Origin: Candidatus Nanopelagicaceae bacterium
Lineage (GTDB): Archaea; Asgardarchaeota; Lokiarchaeia; Sigyniarchaeales; SOKP01
Reading direction: 5' to 3'
Assembly (NCBI GenBank): GCA_035530895.1
Contig: DATKTW010000134.1
Span: forward strand, 1 to 62,300
Length of the DNA stretch: 62,300 bases
Positions 1 through 9,228 of this stretch are shown one piece after another (position 1 is the stretch's first letter; each line of letters opens with the position of its first letter). The notes under the pieces were generated by a model that saw only the letters and a list, made by a program, of their open reading frames with translations, did not search any database and was not told the DNA's origin. Made by a program: the position numbers and the translations under genes.

Positions 1-133
1 TGTCGAGATTAGATATAAAACTTGGCAAAGTGCTATATATGTAAAAATGTAATAGATCAAATCTATTATAATTTATAACTTTTTCTGTAATCATCTATGT
101 AGTACCTTATGTGAATGATTTCCCTAAGTTAAG

Positions 134-1150
134 TTACTTGAAATGTTCATAGCCTTGACTTTTTAGGTCAAACCTTTTGCCTTTTTTTAAAAAATAGATT
201 TTCTCGTCAGAAATTGCTTTCCCTACTTTAAATAGCCTTCCTCCTTTAGATATAACTAACTTTTGAGCTTTATCAAAGTCGTCTGGATCAATTGCAAATA
301 GATGAATGAATTCCTCACCCCCTTCAAATATCAATTTTTCTAACGATATAGAAAATTCTTTTGAGTATTCCCTAGCTTTCTCGTGAATTAAATTTTCATT
401 GAAATCAATTTCAAAGCCCAAATTAGGATTAGATAAAGTTAGGTCTTTTAAAGTTTTTGATAAACCATCAGAAGAGTCTATACTAGCTGTAGCTAATTTA
501 TTATCCGCTAGAATATAAGCTTCTTTTCCCAAGTCGTTTGGCTCCAGAACACTATTTATTGCCCCGCGATATTCTGAGCAGTCTTTAATGTTCACATCTC
601 TGTGTAAGAGGATATCAAAACCTACACCAGTTAGGCCAAATTTGTTGTTTATTGCTAATATATCCCCGGGGTTTATACCTTTCCGATAGATTATCTCCTT
701 AGGATTCTTAAAACCAAACACAGTTGGATTTATGATAATCTCTTTAGATGTGTTAAGATCGCCCCCAAGATAATTAAGATTCCATTTATTCGAGTAATCG
801 ACAATACCCTCTATTAATCGTTTAAAATTTACGACAGGTAAATCATTAGGAAGCCCTAACGAAACTATAATACCTTCTGGTTTTACTCCCTTAACAACAA
901 GATCGCTAAGATTCATGAGAACAGACTTAAGTCCCATTTGATAGAAATCCATTTGTTTTGGAGCATCAGTTGTAGCGTTAAACATGTCTGAGTTAAGAAC
1001 AAGACAATCTCCTTCTTTTTGGTATTTATATTTAAAAAAAAAAGAATCGTCTCTTCGTAACCTTTTACCTGTTTTGCTATAAATTACCCCATCTATTAAT
1101 TCAATTAGTCCAGATTCACCGTAAAAACTAATATTTTCGTTCTGTTTCAT
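134..1150 (-). CDS. thiL: thiamine-monophosphate kinase-like protein (PurM/AIR-synthase fold)
   Basis: 338-aa ORF. PurM-fold N-domain pattern (NSDMFNATTDAP ... NLSDLVVKGVKPEG), a GGDL segment, and a C-terminal GYEHF as in ThiL proteins. Confidence 0.6.
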   Translation of the reverse strand: MKQNENISFYGESGLIELIDGVIYSKTGKRLRRDDSFFFKYKYQKEGDCLVLNSDMFNATTDAPKQMDFYQMGLKSVLMNLSDLVVKGVKPEGIIVSLGLPNDLPVVNFKRLIEGIVDYSNKWNLNYLGGDLNTSKEIIINPTVFGFKNPKEIIYRKGINPGDILAINNKFGLTGVGFDILLHRDVNIKDCSEYRGAINSVLEPNDLGKEAYILADNKLATASIDSSDGLSKTLKDLTLSNPNLGFEIDFNENLIHEKAREYSKEFSISLEKLIFEGGEEFIHLFAIDPDDFDKAQKLVISKGGRLFKVGKAISDEKIYFLKKGKRFDLKSQGYEHFK

Positions 1151-1288
1151 TAGTAAAATTTTATAATTCTGTATGATTTAACAAGGTTTTAAATATTTTA
1201 AGCACTGATATTACAATTTTATTTTTCATTTAATTTATTTTCTTGTGGAAGATTTAGTGAAGTATAAAAACAATGATAAAAAAAACGA

Positions 1289-2770
1289 TTGATGAATATC
1301 AAGGATTATGATGAAGAAATCGTTGATAATATTGGAGATAAATCAGGGGATGAGAAAGAACTAAAAAAAGTCCTTTTAGAAGGAATAGAGGAAAATTGGG
1401 AACCCTTTGAGAAAGGTGAAGGCAATGAAGAATTAATAGAAGATGACCGGGAAACTATTATTTCCGATGAACAAGAATTAGGAGATGATTGGGAACCACT
1501 TGAAATTGATGAACACCATGACCTAATTTATGAATTAAAAGAAGCAAATCTTGAAAATAAAAAAAAAATTAATGAAGATAAAATTAAATTAGATAATGAT
1601 GATTTAAAGAAAACCTGGGAGGAATTAAGAAACATTGGACTTACTTTAAAACAAATAAGAGAAAAAATTGGAGTTGATATAAGAGGAACTCTTTATCGGG
1701 GAAATAGAATTAATAAGAAATCTCTAAAAAAGCTTGAGAATCTAATTGGAAGGGAAATATGCAGAGCAGAAAAAATTGAAATTTTAGAAGAAAAAGACCG
1801 AATTTACATAGAGTCTTCTTTAGTAACTGAAATATGTTCAGAACTCAACCAAAGAGGAATTTCAAATAATAAAATAAGTAAAAATATAGGAACGTACATT
1901 GGTAATACTTTATATCATGGATACACCCTGAACCAAGACAGCTTTGAAAAATTAGAAGAATTGTATGGATATAGAACTCCAAATAAAATAATTGAGCCCA
2001 AAGAAAAAATAAATAAACCTTTAAAATTAAAAAAGAATGAAGATCTTGCTGAGTTAATATGTATAATATTAGGGGATGGACATCTTCATAAAAAAGGAGA
2101 AAAGAAATATAAAAATAGTTTATTAAGCATTTCTTTGAATCGTGTCGATGAACTCGAATATGTATTTTATGTAAGAAATTTGATGCAAAAGGTGTTTAAG
2201 ATTTCTCCAGATTTAGTTCCACGAAAGAATTCTAAATCAGTCGACATTAAATTATATGGAGATGGTTTGATAGAGACATTAAAACGATTAGGATTAATGA
2301 CAGGGGATAAAATACAAAATCAAGTATGCGTTCCTCAATGGATTAAAAAGGATCAAGAATGGATTGAATGCAATAAGGAAGAATGGATATTTAAATATCG
2401 CCCGCTATTAATTAGAGGTTTAAAGGGATTAGTTGATACAGACGGTACAATTTATGTTGATAAAAAAAACAAATCTTTAGGCATTGGTTTTAGAAATGCG
2501 TCGTTACCACTAATTAGGGATTTTAAAGAGATGTGTCGATCTTTAGGAATATCTTGTGGTAAAATAACAATATCAAAAACAATTTCGAAAAAAACAGGAA
2601 GATTGTTAAAAGGATATCAAACTCTTATTCGAGCAAAAGATGATGTTAAAAATTTTATAATTACCATAGAACCAATGAAGTGGAAGATTAAAAAAGTCCA
2701 TATTAGAGAAACCATGAAAAAACTTGGCTCATCCGTAGATGAAGCGTTAATGAAGAAAGAATCGAATTAA
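1289..2770 (+). CDS. free-standing LAGLIDADG-type homing-endonuclease-like protein with acidic N-terminus and two HTH-like repeats
   Basis: 493-aa ORF (TTG 1289, ATG 1292). Two LAGLIDADG-like motifs (LAELICIILGDGHL and LIRGLKGLVDTDGTIY) lie roughly 130 aa apart. The N-terminal half has duplicated segments (ENWEPFE / DDWEPLE; GLTLKQIREKIGVDIRGTLYRGNRINKKSLKKLENLIG / GISNNKISKNIGTYIGNTLYHGYTLNQDSFEKLEELYG). Confidence 0.65.
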   Translation: MMNIKDYDEEIVDNIGDKSGDEKELKKVLLEGIEENWEPFEKGEGNEELIEDDRETIISDEQELGDDWEPLEIDEHHDLIYELKEANLENKKKINEDKIKLDNDDLKKTWEELRNIGLTLKQIREKIGVDIRGTLYRGNRINKKSLKKLENLIGREICRAEKIEILEEKDRIYIESSLVTEICSELNQRGISNNKISKNIGTYIGNTLYHGYTLNQDSFEKLEELYGYRTPNKIIEPKEKINKPLKLKKNEDLAELICIILGDGHLHKKGEKKYKNSLLSISLNRVDELEYVFYVRNLMQKVFKISPDLVPRKNSKSVDIKLYGDGLIETLKRLGLMTGDKIQNQVCVPQWIKKDQEWIECNKEEWIFKYRPLLIRGLKGLVDTDGTIYVDKKNKSLGIGFRNASLPLIRDFKEMCRSLGISCGKITISKTISKKTGRLLKGYQTLIRAKDDVKNFIITIEPMKWKIKKVHIRETMKKLGSSVDEALMKKESN

Positions 2771-2874
2771 AACACATTTTAAAATATTCATGCTAATAAG
2801 AATTTTATTAAAATGAAAAATTTTTTTTTAAAAGGACATTTCAATATAGTAATTTTAAATAAATTAATTTTTAC

Positions 2875-2975
2875 GCCTCTGTGGCTTAGCGGTAGAGCAA
2901 CATTTAATGCCATTTAGAATTACATGTTAAAGATTCGTAATCTGTAGATCGGGGGTTCAAGTCCCCCCAGAGGCT
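2875..2975 (+). tRNA. tRNA-Thr (anticodon CGT) interrupted by a ~29-nt intron at a non-canonical position in the 5' strand of the anticodon stem
   Basis: Acceptor GCCTCTG/CAGAGGC, D arm GCTT-AGCGGTA-GAGC, T arm GGGGG-TTCAAGT-CCCCC. The anticodon arm ACAGA-TTCGTAA-TCTGT forms only if 29 nt (2902/2903..2930/2931; the boundary is ambiguous by one A) are removed. The mature length would be 72 nt. Confidence 0.7.
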
Positions 2976-2979
2976 CTCG

Positions 2980-3996
2980 TTAAAAGTCTTGAGTTTCAAT
3001 AAATCTATTAATTATTTGCAAAGCAAGCATTTTGAAGGCATCATTGATATTTTCTCCTGTTTTAGCGGAGGTTTCGATATAAGTCAATGTCAATTTTTGC
3101 GCTAATGCCTCTCCCTCGTCGCGAGACACTACTCTCTCAGACTCTAAATCTATTTTATTTCCCACTAGAATGAGTGCAATATTAGGGGACGCTTTTTTAA
3201 TCTCAATATACCAATTTTTATCTATATTTTCGAAACTAGATCGATTAGTTACATCGTAGACTAATATACCCGCTTCGGCGTTAGCTAAATACGACTGTCT
3301 AACGCGTTTAAACTGAGCTTGACCAGCTAAATCCCATATTACGAACCTTACAATGCTTTCAAGTTCTTTAAACGTACACTCCTTCTTCATAATAGAAGTC
3401 CCAATAGTGGATTTATAATCAGTCGCAAACTCATTTTCAACATATCTATGCACCATACTCGTTTTACCTACTGCACCGTCACCTCCTAGAATTAACTTAA
3501 AGGCATATTCTCCTGATTTGATTTTAACTTTTTGAAATTTATCCAGTTTTCGCTGAACATTGTTAGCACCACTTTCTGTAACTAATTTAGGTATAACGGG
3601 GCTTACAGGTCTACCGTCAAAAATTCTCGCGATCTTTTCAGCAGCCAAATAAGCGTAAGGGAAAACAGAATCAACACCTGCTATAGCATCCATTACAGTA
3701 ACTAAAACTGCTTCTGGACCAGATTCGCAGAATATGAACCTATAATCTTCTGTATCGAAGGTTCCCGTTCCAAAGGATCCTGAACTAAATTCTTCAGTAA
3801 TTCTAGTTAAAACTGGTTCTACTAAAGCACTTACTCCACCGATTATTTCTTCGTCAAGCGATTTTTCCGAAGGCCCTACTAAGGAATCCATGATCAATCC
3901 ATCTCTATTTACTACGAGGGCGGCAACTAAATTATCACCAATGCTCTGCTTGTACCACTGTAGTAACGCTCCTAATTTTTTTGTATCGACTGACAA
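2980..3996 (-). CDS. Roadblock/LC7 (MglB-like) domain fused to a C-terminal Ras/Rab-like small GTPase
   Basis: 338 aa. The N-terminal ~150 aa is Roadblock-like (NLVAALVVNRDGLIMDS ... VLVTVMD). The C-terminal half carries G1 GGDGAVGKTS, G3 DLAGQ, G4 NKIDL and G5 SAK. Confidence 0.75.
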   Translation of the reverse strand: MSVDTKKLGALLQWYKQSIGDNLVAALVVNRDGLIMDSLVGPSEKSLDEEIIGGVSALVEPVLTRITEEFSSGSFGTGTFDTEDYRFIFCESGPEAVLVTVMDAIAGVDSVFPYAYLAAEKIARIFDGRPVSPVIPKLVTESGANNVQRKLDKFQKVKIKSGEYAFKLILGGDGAVGKTSMVHRYVENEFATDYKSTIGTSIMKKECTFKELESIVRFVIWDLAGQAQFKRVRQSYLANAEAGILVYDVTNRSSFENIDKNWYIEIKKASPNIALILVGNKIDLESERVVSRDEGEALAQKLTLTYIETSAKTGENINDAFKMLALQIINRFIETQDF

Positions 3997-4138
3997 TCTC
4001 TTATAACATCTTTTTTTAAGTATTAAATAGCACTATGATATTAATATGTAAATATTCTTGCATAAAAATTTTTTTAATATAAAAAAGTAGGAATTAACTG
4101 GTTAGATGATTGCATCAACGAAAAAAACGCCGAGAACT

Positions 4139-4984
4139 TCATTCACCAGTAAAAATTGGTTTTCTCTTCTCTAAGAACGCTTTAATACCTTCTTGAAAAT
4201 CTTTAGTTCCAGCACAAATTTTTATCTTTTCAGATTCATTTTTTAAATGTGATATAAGATCACTATTATAGGAATTATCTAACAAATTTTTAATATTTTG
4301 ATAAGCGATTGTAGGACCTTGGCTTATTTTTAATGCAATTTTATTTACTTCGCTTAGGAAATCTTTTTCATCTGAAATAATCATCGATACTAACCCAGAA
4401 TTCTTTGCTTCTTTTGCTGTAATTGTTCGATTTAAGAGAATCATTTCTGTTGCAAGGGATAAACCTACTAATTTTGGCAAGTGATAAGATGTTGAAGAAT
4501 CAGGAGACAATCCAATCCCTGCGAAGGCAGCTCCAAATTTTGCGCTATCGCGGCAGATTCTTATATCACAGCTACAAGCGTAACCGAGAGACGCTCCAAA
4601 ACATGGACCATTGATAGCCGCTAAAGAGGGAACGCGTAAATCCTTCAATAATTTTATCCCTTCGTGTAATTTATCTGCTAGTTTACCCATAAACTCTTGG
4701 GGTGCCTTGGCTTCTTTAAATTCCTTTATATCGCCCCCCACCGAAAAATTTTTCCCCATTCCCGTGATAATAAGGCATTTTAACGATTTTAACGATTTCA
4801 AATCATTAATAGCTAAGCAGAATTCACTTACAAGTTTAAAATTAAAAGCGTTCATTGATTTTGATCTGTTAAAATAAAGGGTTACTATCCCATTGGATTC
4901 GTTTAACTCAACTTTAATATTTTCGTACTTAAACATATAAATCAGTTCTAAAAAAATACTTAAATGATAAAAGAATCTAAACAA
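4139..4984 (-). CDS. enoyl-CoA hydratase/isomerase (crotonase) family protein
   Basis: Crotonase-fold pattern (NRSKSMNAF, ITGMGKNFSVGGDIKEF, AAINGPCFGASLGYACSCDIRI, FLEKRKP). The real start is probably the internal Met at 4936 (MFKYENIKVE...). Confidence 0.75.
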   Translation of the reverse strand: MFRFFYHLSIFLELIYMFKYENIKVELNESNGIVTLYFNRSKSMNAFNFKLVSEFCLAINDLKSLKSLKCLIITGMGKNFSVGGDIKEFKEAKAPQEFMGKLADKLHEGIKLLKDLRVPSLAAINGPCFGASLGYACSCDIRICRDSAKFGAAFAGIGLSPDSSTSYHLPKLVGLSLATEMILLNRTITAKEAKNSGLVSMIISDEKDFLSEVNKIALKISQGPTIAYQNIKNLLDNSYNSDLISHLKNESEKIKICAGTKDFQEGIKAFLEKRKPIFTGE

Positions 4985-5085
4985 ATAAAATTTTTAACAT
5001 TTCATTAATTTAATTCGATTAAAACAAGTATTATTTGTATTTAAATCTTATAAAGAAATAAAACATTTTTTACTCGAAATATCAA

Positions 5086-5170
5086 GCAGGAGTCGCCAAG
5101 CCTGGTCAACGGTGCTAGACCGAGGCTCTAGTCTCATAGGAGTTCGAGGGTTCAAATCCCTCCTTCTGCA
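5086..5170 (+). tRNA. tRNA-Leu (anticodon GAG), class II with long variable arm
   Basis: Acceptor GCAGGAG/CTTCTGC, D region GCCAAGCCTGGTCAACGGT, anticodon arm CTAGA-CCGAGGC-TCTAG, variable arm TCTCATAGGAGTTC, T arm GAGGG-TTCAAAT-CCCTC. Position 33 reads C rather than the usual T. Confidence 0.7.
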
Positions 5171-5525
5171 TTAATATTGACATGATAGAAACCTAAATCG
5201 GCTTTTTTAACAAAAAAGGTTTCCTCCACAAGAAAAAGCTTAATAACTGATTAAACGATGATCTTGACAATTCAGCCTACAAGTTAGACGTACCAATTGT
5301 TAAATATAACAGTTTCACTACACCAAAAAGTGATCATAGATCTTTTATTAAATTTGCGAAGAAAACGAAAATTTCCATTAAAGTAGCTTATTTTCATTCA
5401 AGCAAAGATTCAAAATATATCCACTCTCCAAGAGACACACCAGAAAATGCAACCCTTAAAATTTGAACGGTTGTTTAGATATATGTCACGATACTATAAG
5501 AACAATCGACTCATCTAAGCGTTTC

Positions 5526-8500
5526 TTAAAAGAAGTTAGATAATTTTTGTTGCTTAATCTTGGGATTATTCGTAAGACTTTCAACGTATTCTTTTACTAG
5601 TTCCATCCGTTGTATAGTATAAGCGTCCAAATTAAAATCTCTGCTAATTTTTAAAGCTTTTGGGATATATTTTTCAATTCCACCGCGATTGACTGTTAAT
5701 ATAACATTACCTCCACATTTTAGACACTTTCCTGCATTTGAGAGGGGTGGACGTCTATATTTCTCGTTACATTTCACGCACCTAAAATGCTGTACGGCAA
5801 ATTTTCTTAGGTTTCCCATTATATCGGGATTAAAGTGTGTTGTCAAAATCTTCTCAGCAACATTTTTATCGTTGACTGCTCTTATAATTTTAGCTAGGTG
5901 CAGTTGCGCGTTTATCTTTTCTTCCATACTTGCATAGGTCTTATATGCTGTTGTTGTCGGACCGTCGTTAATATCGTTAGTTGGTATGTTGAAACCCAGA
6001 TTTTCGTACTGCGCAGGTGTTCCTAACCGGCTTCTCACTAAATTCATTTTCTTTTCTAGCTCAAATGGCATAAGATATTCTTGTGTTGCCTTATAAAACT
6101 CAAGAGGATACTTAAACAATGTGTCGATATTATGAGCTTCACTATCGATTTCATTAGGATCTAATAAAGAGGATATTACTAATGTAGCGTCCATTCTACC
6201 CCCTATTTTGCTTGGTAAATAATACCTCGAGAAATTTAACAATGGATCTAAAAGAAGCATAATCCCATCTTCATCCCCATCGCAGTTTCTGCGTTTCGCT
6301 GCATGCCAAAAGGGGTGGGCGTAAATCGATCGTGCGGGCGAAAAACCAATGATTCTACCGACAATTCCCGCGCTAGTATGAGGAGCAAGTCCTACAGCTA
6401 AATGGCCAATTAAATCTTCTCTCTTAGTAATATTGTAAAATGTGTCTAGGTTATAAAACAATTCTAGTTCGTCGTCTATAAAGTTAGCAATTTTAATAAA
6501 GTACTTAGCGCAATCGTCTGAAAGGATGACATCCTGCACTTGAAGCTCTAATATCTGATTTTCGTTATTTAATTCGTTAGCTTTATAGTCCAATTCATAT
6601 CCCAATTCGATTAACCTACTTACTGGAGTAGTAATTTCTTTAGGTTTGAAATGAGTTAATGGAATATCTGTAGCGTCATATCGAATTTCTGCAGTTTTGT
6701 ACACTAATAATCCGTTTTTGGCTCTAAGAATTCCCTTCATTAGTGGTTCTGGGACTTTAAATTGATTTGTCAATCCTAAAATACCTTTAAATTTGTCCGG
6801 TATAGACATATTTAATGAGCTGAGTATTGTTTTTGAATAGTTTTTTATATTAAAAGAAGCTTCCTTAGAGAAGTTTAATACGCCTCCGCATTGCTGGCAC
6901 TTTTCTTCGTTTTTAGTGTAATATTTATTACATTTTAGACAAATTTTCTGAAATTCGGTATGAGATCCACATTCAGGGCATAGGTTAAATGGAGTAATGA
7001 ATGAACAATTCGGACATTTCTTTCTACATATATCAATTTTTATTCTTCCCAAATCAATCGCCTTCTGTACCGATCTTGTATTACCAACTTGATCACTGAG
7101 AGGAAATAAGCTTTGAACGCCTTTCATACTTTTTCTTTCAGACTTCTCAGGGCGTCCCATGCGAGTTCCCATATAATAAGGAGCTTTATTTCTAATTTCG
7201 ATGGGGGAAATGCTTGAAAAATAATTAAAGACATTGTCTTCATTTTTCATATCAACAAATTCCTTACGGTTTAAATTGAATATAGTTTCGTATATTTCTG
7301 TCGTTGCGTTATCTAGAAAAATACAATTTTCATTAACTGTGTGAGGAACAAATGCTCTTTCTAAAATATCCTTAATGGTAGCGCTATTCTTTAAATTTAT
7401 TTTCTTAGTCTTATTATCATAGTCGGCGGTTAAAGCTTCTCTTAAAGTACTCAAATCACTTACAGAAATGTTACCCCAAAAATCAGTGTATTTAGGATGC
7501 AAGGGCACAGCAAAATTTTTTGCTAAATCGATCGCCTCTTTTGCTGAGGGAATGTTATTAAAAGGATCTTCGATAAATTTACTTAATTCCTTGTTTGATC
7601 TTTGTTCAATTTTTAATGCTTCCTCTAACTCTAAAGCCCACCATTCTTCAACATAACCAGATGGAACCAGTTTATGGTTATTTTCAGAAAACTCCCCAAA
7701 TCCAAAGAGAATATCTCCCAGAAAAAGAATTTCTTTTATGTCTTGAAAGAGTGCTGTTGCTTTTTTTGCGTTCGAAATCCTTACCACGTTTCCATTTTTG
7801 AGTTTTATTATAGGTGGTTCTATCGAGGTTACAGGACAAATACTGGTACTTTTTCCTGGTCTTTCAATTCTCAATTGTGTTCCAATTGCTATAAAACCGT
7901 CCAAAATAGCCATAGTCGCAGGATGTAATCCTCCCGCAGCTAATCCGGTATTGCGCGATCTTCCATATCGTATTCTGTGCCCACCAATTTTGGAAGGATC
8001 GCTAAAAACTGGTCTACCCGCGATAATATCAGAAATGTATTTAGAGTTAGGTGTAATTTTAATAGTAGATTTGCTCTCTAAATCATCATTTTTCTTTACT
8101 TTCTCTTCCTTTTGTGCGATATCTTTTAGTTTTCCTAACCAATTCCAGCCTTCTAATTTCATATTTTGAGCAATCTTAAGAAGTTTTGGAGCTTTAAGTA
8201 ATATCCCATCGTTTAATACTAAACAAGCACCTCCTCGAATTTTGTTCGTTTCGATTCTAGGTAATCCCCTAAACGCTGATACTTCTTCATCTTCAGTAGC
8301 GTCTCCATTTATCTCAACAGGTAAATGTTCTACGGCGTATCGAATTTCATCGTTAGATGATGGATATTGTAAGTGACCTCTCCGATCGTATAATTTGACT
8401 TCTTCAACGTATCTTCCTATTTCACCCTCAGTCGCTTCATATTTTGGAATATTTGATCGTTTCCTAACATAATCTGCAATCAGAACGCATAAAGCGGCTG

Positions 8501-8960
8501 TTGTGCCTCCCGCAGCCCTAATCGGACCTGCAAAATATAAAGATAAGTATTTATTGTTGTGTTGATCTTCTCGTATTAATATTTTTGATATACCTTCAAG
8601 GGGAGCGCTAACGACACCCATCGTTTTTATAGCAAGACCCACCCGGATAGCTCTTTCAACCCTTTCCTCTAGCGATTCAATTTTTACTACTTTTTGGCTA
8701 AGAATGTCAGAAACTACTTGAAACACAATCTCATCTTCGTTTTTTCCTTGATTTTTTAAAAATCTTATAACATCAGCTACGCCCTTTGGTCCTACAAGCT
8801 TTTCTACTCTTCCTGCTAAATCTTTAGCTTGAGGAGATTCTACAAAAGTTTCAGGATCAAGTCCTTTTTTACGTGCCTTTTCTGCGATTTCGTAGCATTT
8901 GTCAACATCTCTTTGCAATAGAGAAAAGTAGTCTTCCACCTTATTACTCATTTCTACCAT
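5526..8960 (-). CDS. polC: DNA polymerase II (PolD) large subunit DP2
   Basis: 1144 aa with size and conserved blocks typical of DP2 (LSLYFAGPIRAAGGT, multiple Cys4 zinc modules CPNC...CPECG and CVKC...CLKCGG, NCDGDEDG catalytic block). No intein-sized insertion. Confidence 0.9.
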   Translation of the reverse strand: MVEMSNKVEDYFSLLQRDVDKCYEIAEKARKKGLDPETFVESPQAKDLAGRVEKLVGPKGVADVIRFLKNQGKNEDEIVFQVVSDILSQKVVKIESLEERVERAIRVGLAIKTMGVVSAPLEGISKILIREDQHNNKYLSLYFAGPIRAAGGTTAALCVLIADYVRKRSNIPKYEATEGEIGRYVEEVKLYDRRGHLQYPSSNDEIRYAVEHLPVEINGDATEDEEVSAFRGLPRIETNKIRGGACLVLNDGILLKAPKLLKIAQNMKLEGWNWLGKLKDIAQKEEKVKKNDDLESKSTIKITPNSKYISDIIAGRPVFSDPSKIGGHRIRYGRSRNTGLAAGGLHPATMAILDGFIAIGTQLRIERPGKSTSICPVTSIEPPIIKLKNGNVVRISNAKKATALFQDIKEILFLGDILFGFGEFSENNHKLVPSGYVEEWWALELEEALKIEQRSNKELSKFIEDPFNNIPSAKEAIDLAKNFAVPLHPKYTDFWGNISVSDLSTLREALTADYDNKTKKINLKNSATIKDILERAFVPHTVNENCIFLDNATTEIYETIFNLNRKEFVDMKNEDNVFNYFSSISPIEIRNKAPYYMGTRMGRPEKSERKSMKGVQSLFPLSDQVGNTRSVQKAIDLGRIKIDICRKKCPNCSFITPFNLCPECGSHTEFQKICLKCNKYYTKNEEKCQQCGGVLNFSKEASFNIKNYSKTILSSLNMSIPDKFKGILGLTNQFKVPEPLMKGILRAKNGLLVYKTAEIRYDATDIPLTHFKPKEITTPVSRLIELGYELDYKANELNNENQILELQVQDVILSDDCAKYFIKIANFIDDELELFYNLDTFYNITKREDLIGHLAVGLAPHTSAGIVGRIIGFSPARSIYAHPFWHAAKRRNCDGDEDGIMLLLDPLLNFSRYYLPSKIGGRMDATLVISSLLDPNEIDSEAHNIDTLFKYPLEFYKATQEYLMPFELEKKMNLVRSRLGTPAQYENLGFNIPTNDINDGPTTTAYKTYASMEEKINAQLHLAKIIRAVNDKNVAEKILTTHFNPDIMGNLRKFAVQHFRCVKCNEKYRRPPLSNAGKCLKCGGNVILTVNRGGIEKYIPKALKISRDFNLDAYTIQRMELVKEYVESLTNNPKIKQQKLSNFF

Positions 8961-9228
8961 AATACTATCCGTACGCTGATAAGATAATTAATCTTTTTGT
9001 TGAAAATTAGGTTACATAATGTTAAATTTTTAGGTTCAAAATAAAATGTTTTATTAATAGGTTAGTTGAATCTTACTATTTGAATTCGAGGAGATTTAAA
9101 GTTTTTGATAAAAGTATGAGAATTAGCATGCCCTCCTAATAATTATAAACATTGTTTATTCTTTAATAATAAACAATTTATCTTTAGCTTTTAATAAATA
9201 TAATAATTCTATCAAGGGAGAATCAGAC

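Noticed and set aside
4423-4877. Two plus-strand ORFs (63 and 88 aa) opposite the crotonase gene.
   Set aside because: These are antisense shadow ORFs with no motifs and no independent start context.
5251-5466. 71-codon stop-free frame (LNDDLDNSAYKLDVPIVKYNSF...ENATLKI) just downstream of tRNA-Leu, considered as a remnant of an integrase or integrated element.
   Set aside because: It has no ATG/GTG/TTG start, no recognisable motif and no repeat of the tRNA 3' end nearby. The length is within reach of chance, so it cannot be supported as a gene or pseudogene without homology searches.
5689-8169. Five plus-strand ORFs (62-123 aa) inside the PolD large-subunit gene.
   Set aside because: They lie entirely antisense to a well-supported 1144-aa conserved gene and have low-complexity, Cys/Phe/Leu-rich translations typical of shadow ORFs in AT-rich DNA.
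8961-9228. Divergent PolD intergenic region, considered as an alternative origin (contains the small palindrome ATAAAC-ATT-GTTTAT).
   Set aside because: I found no ORB-like repeated elements, and the palindrome is short and AT-only. It is more simply a bidirectional promoter region.
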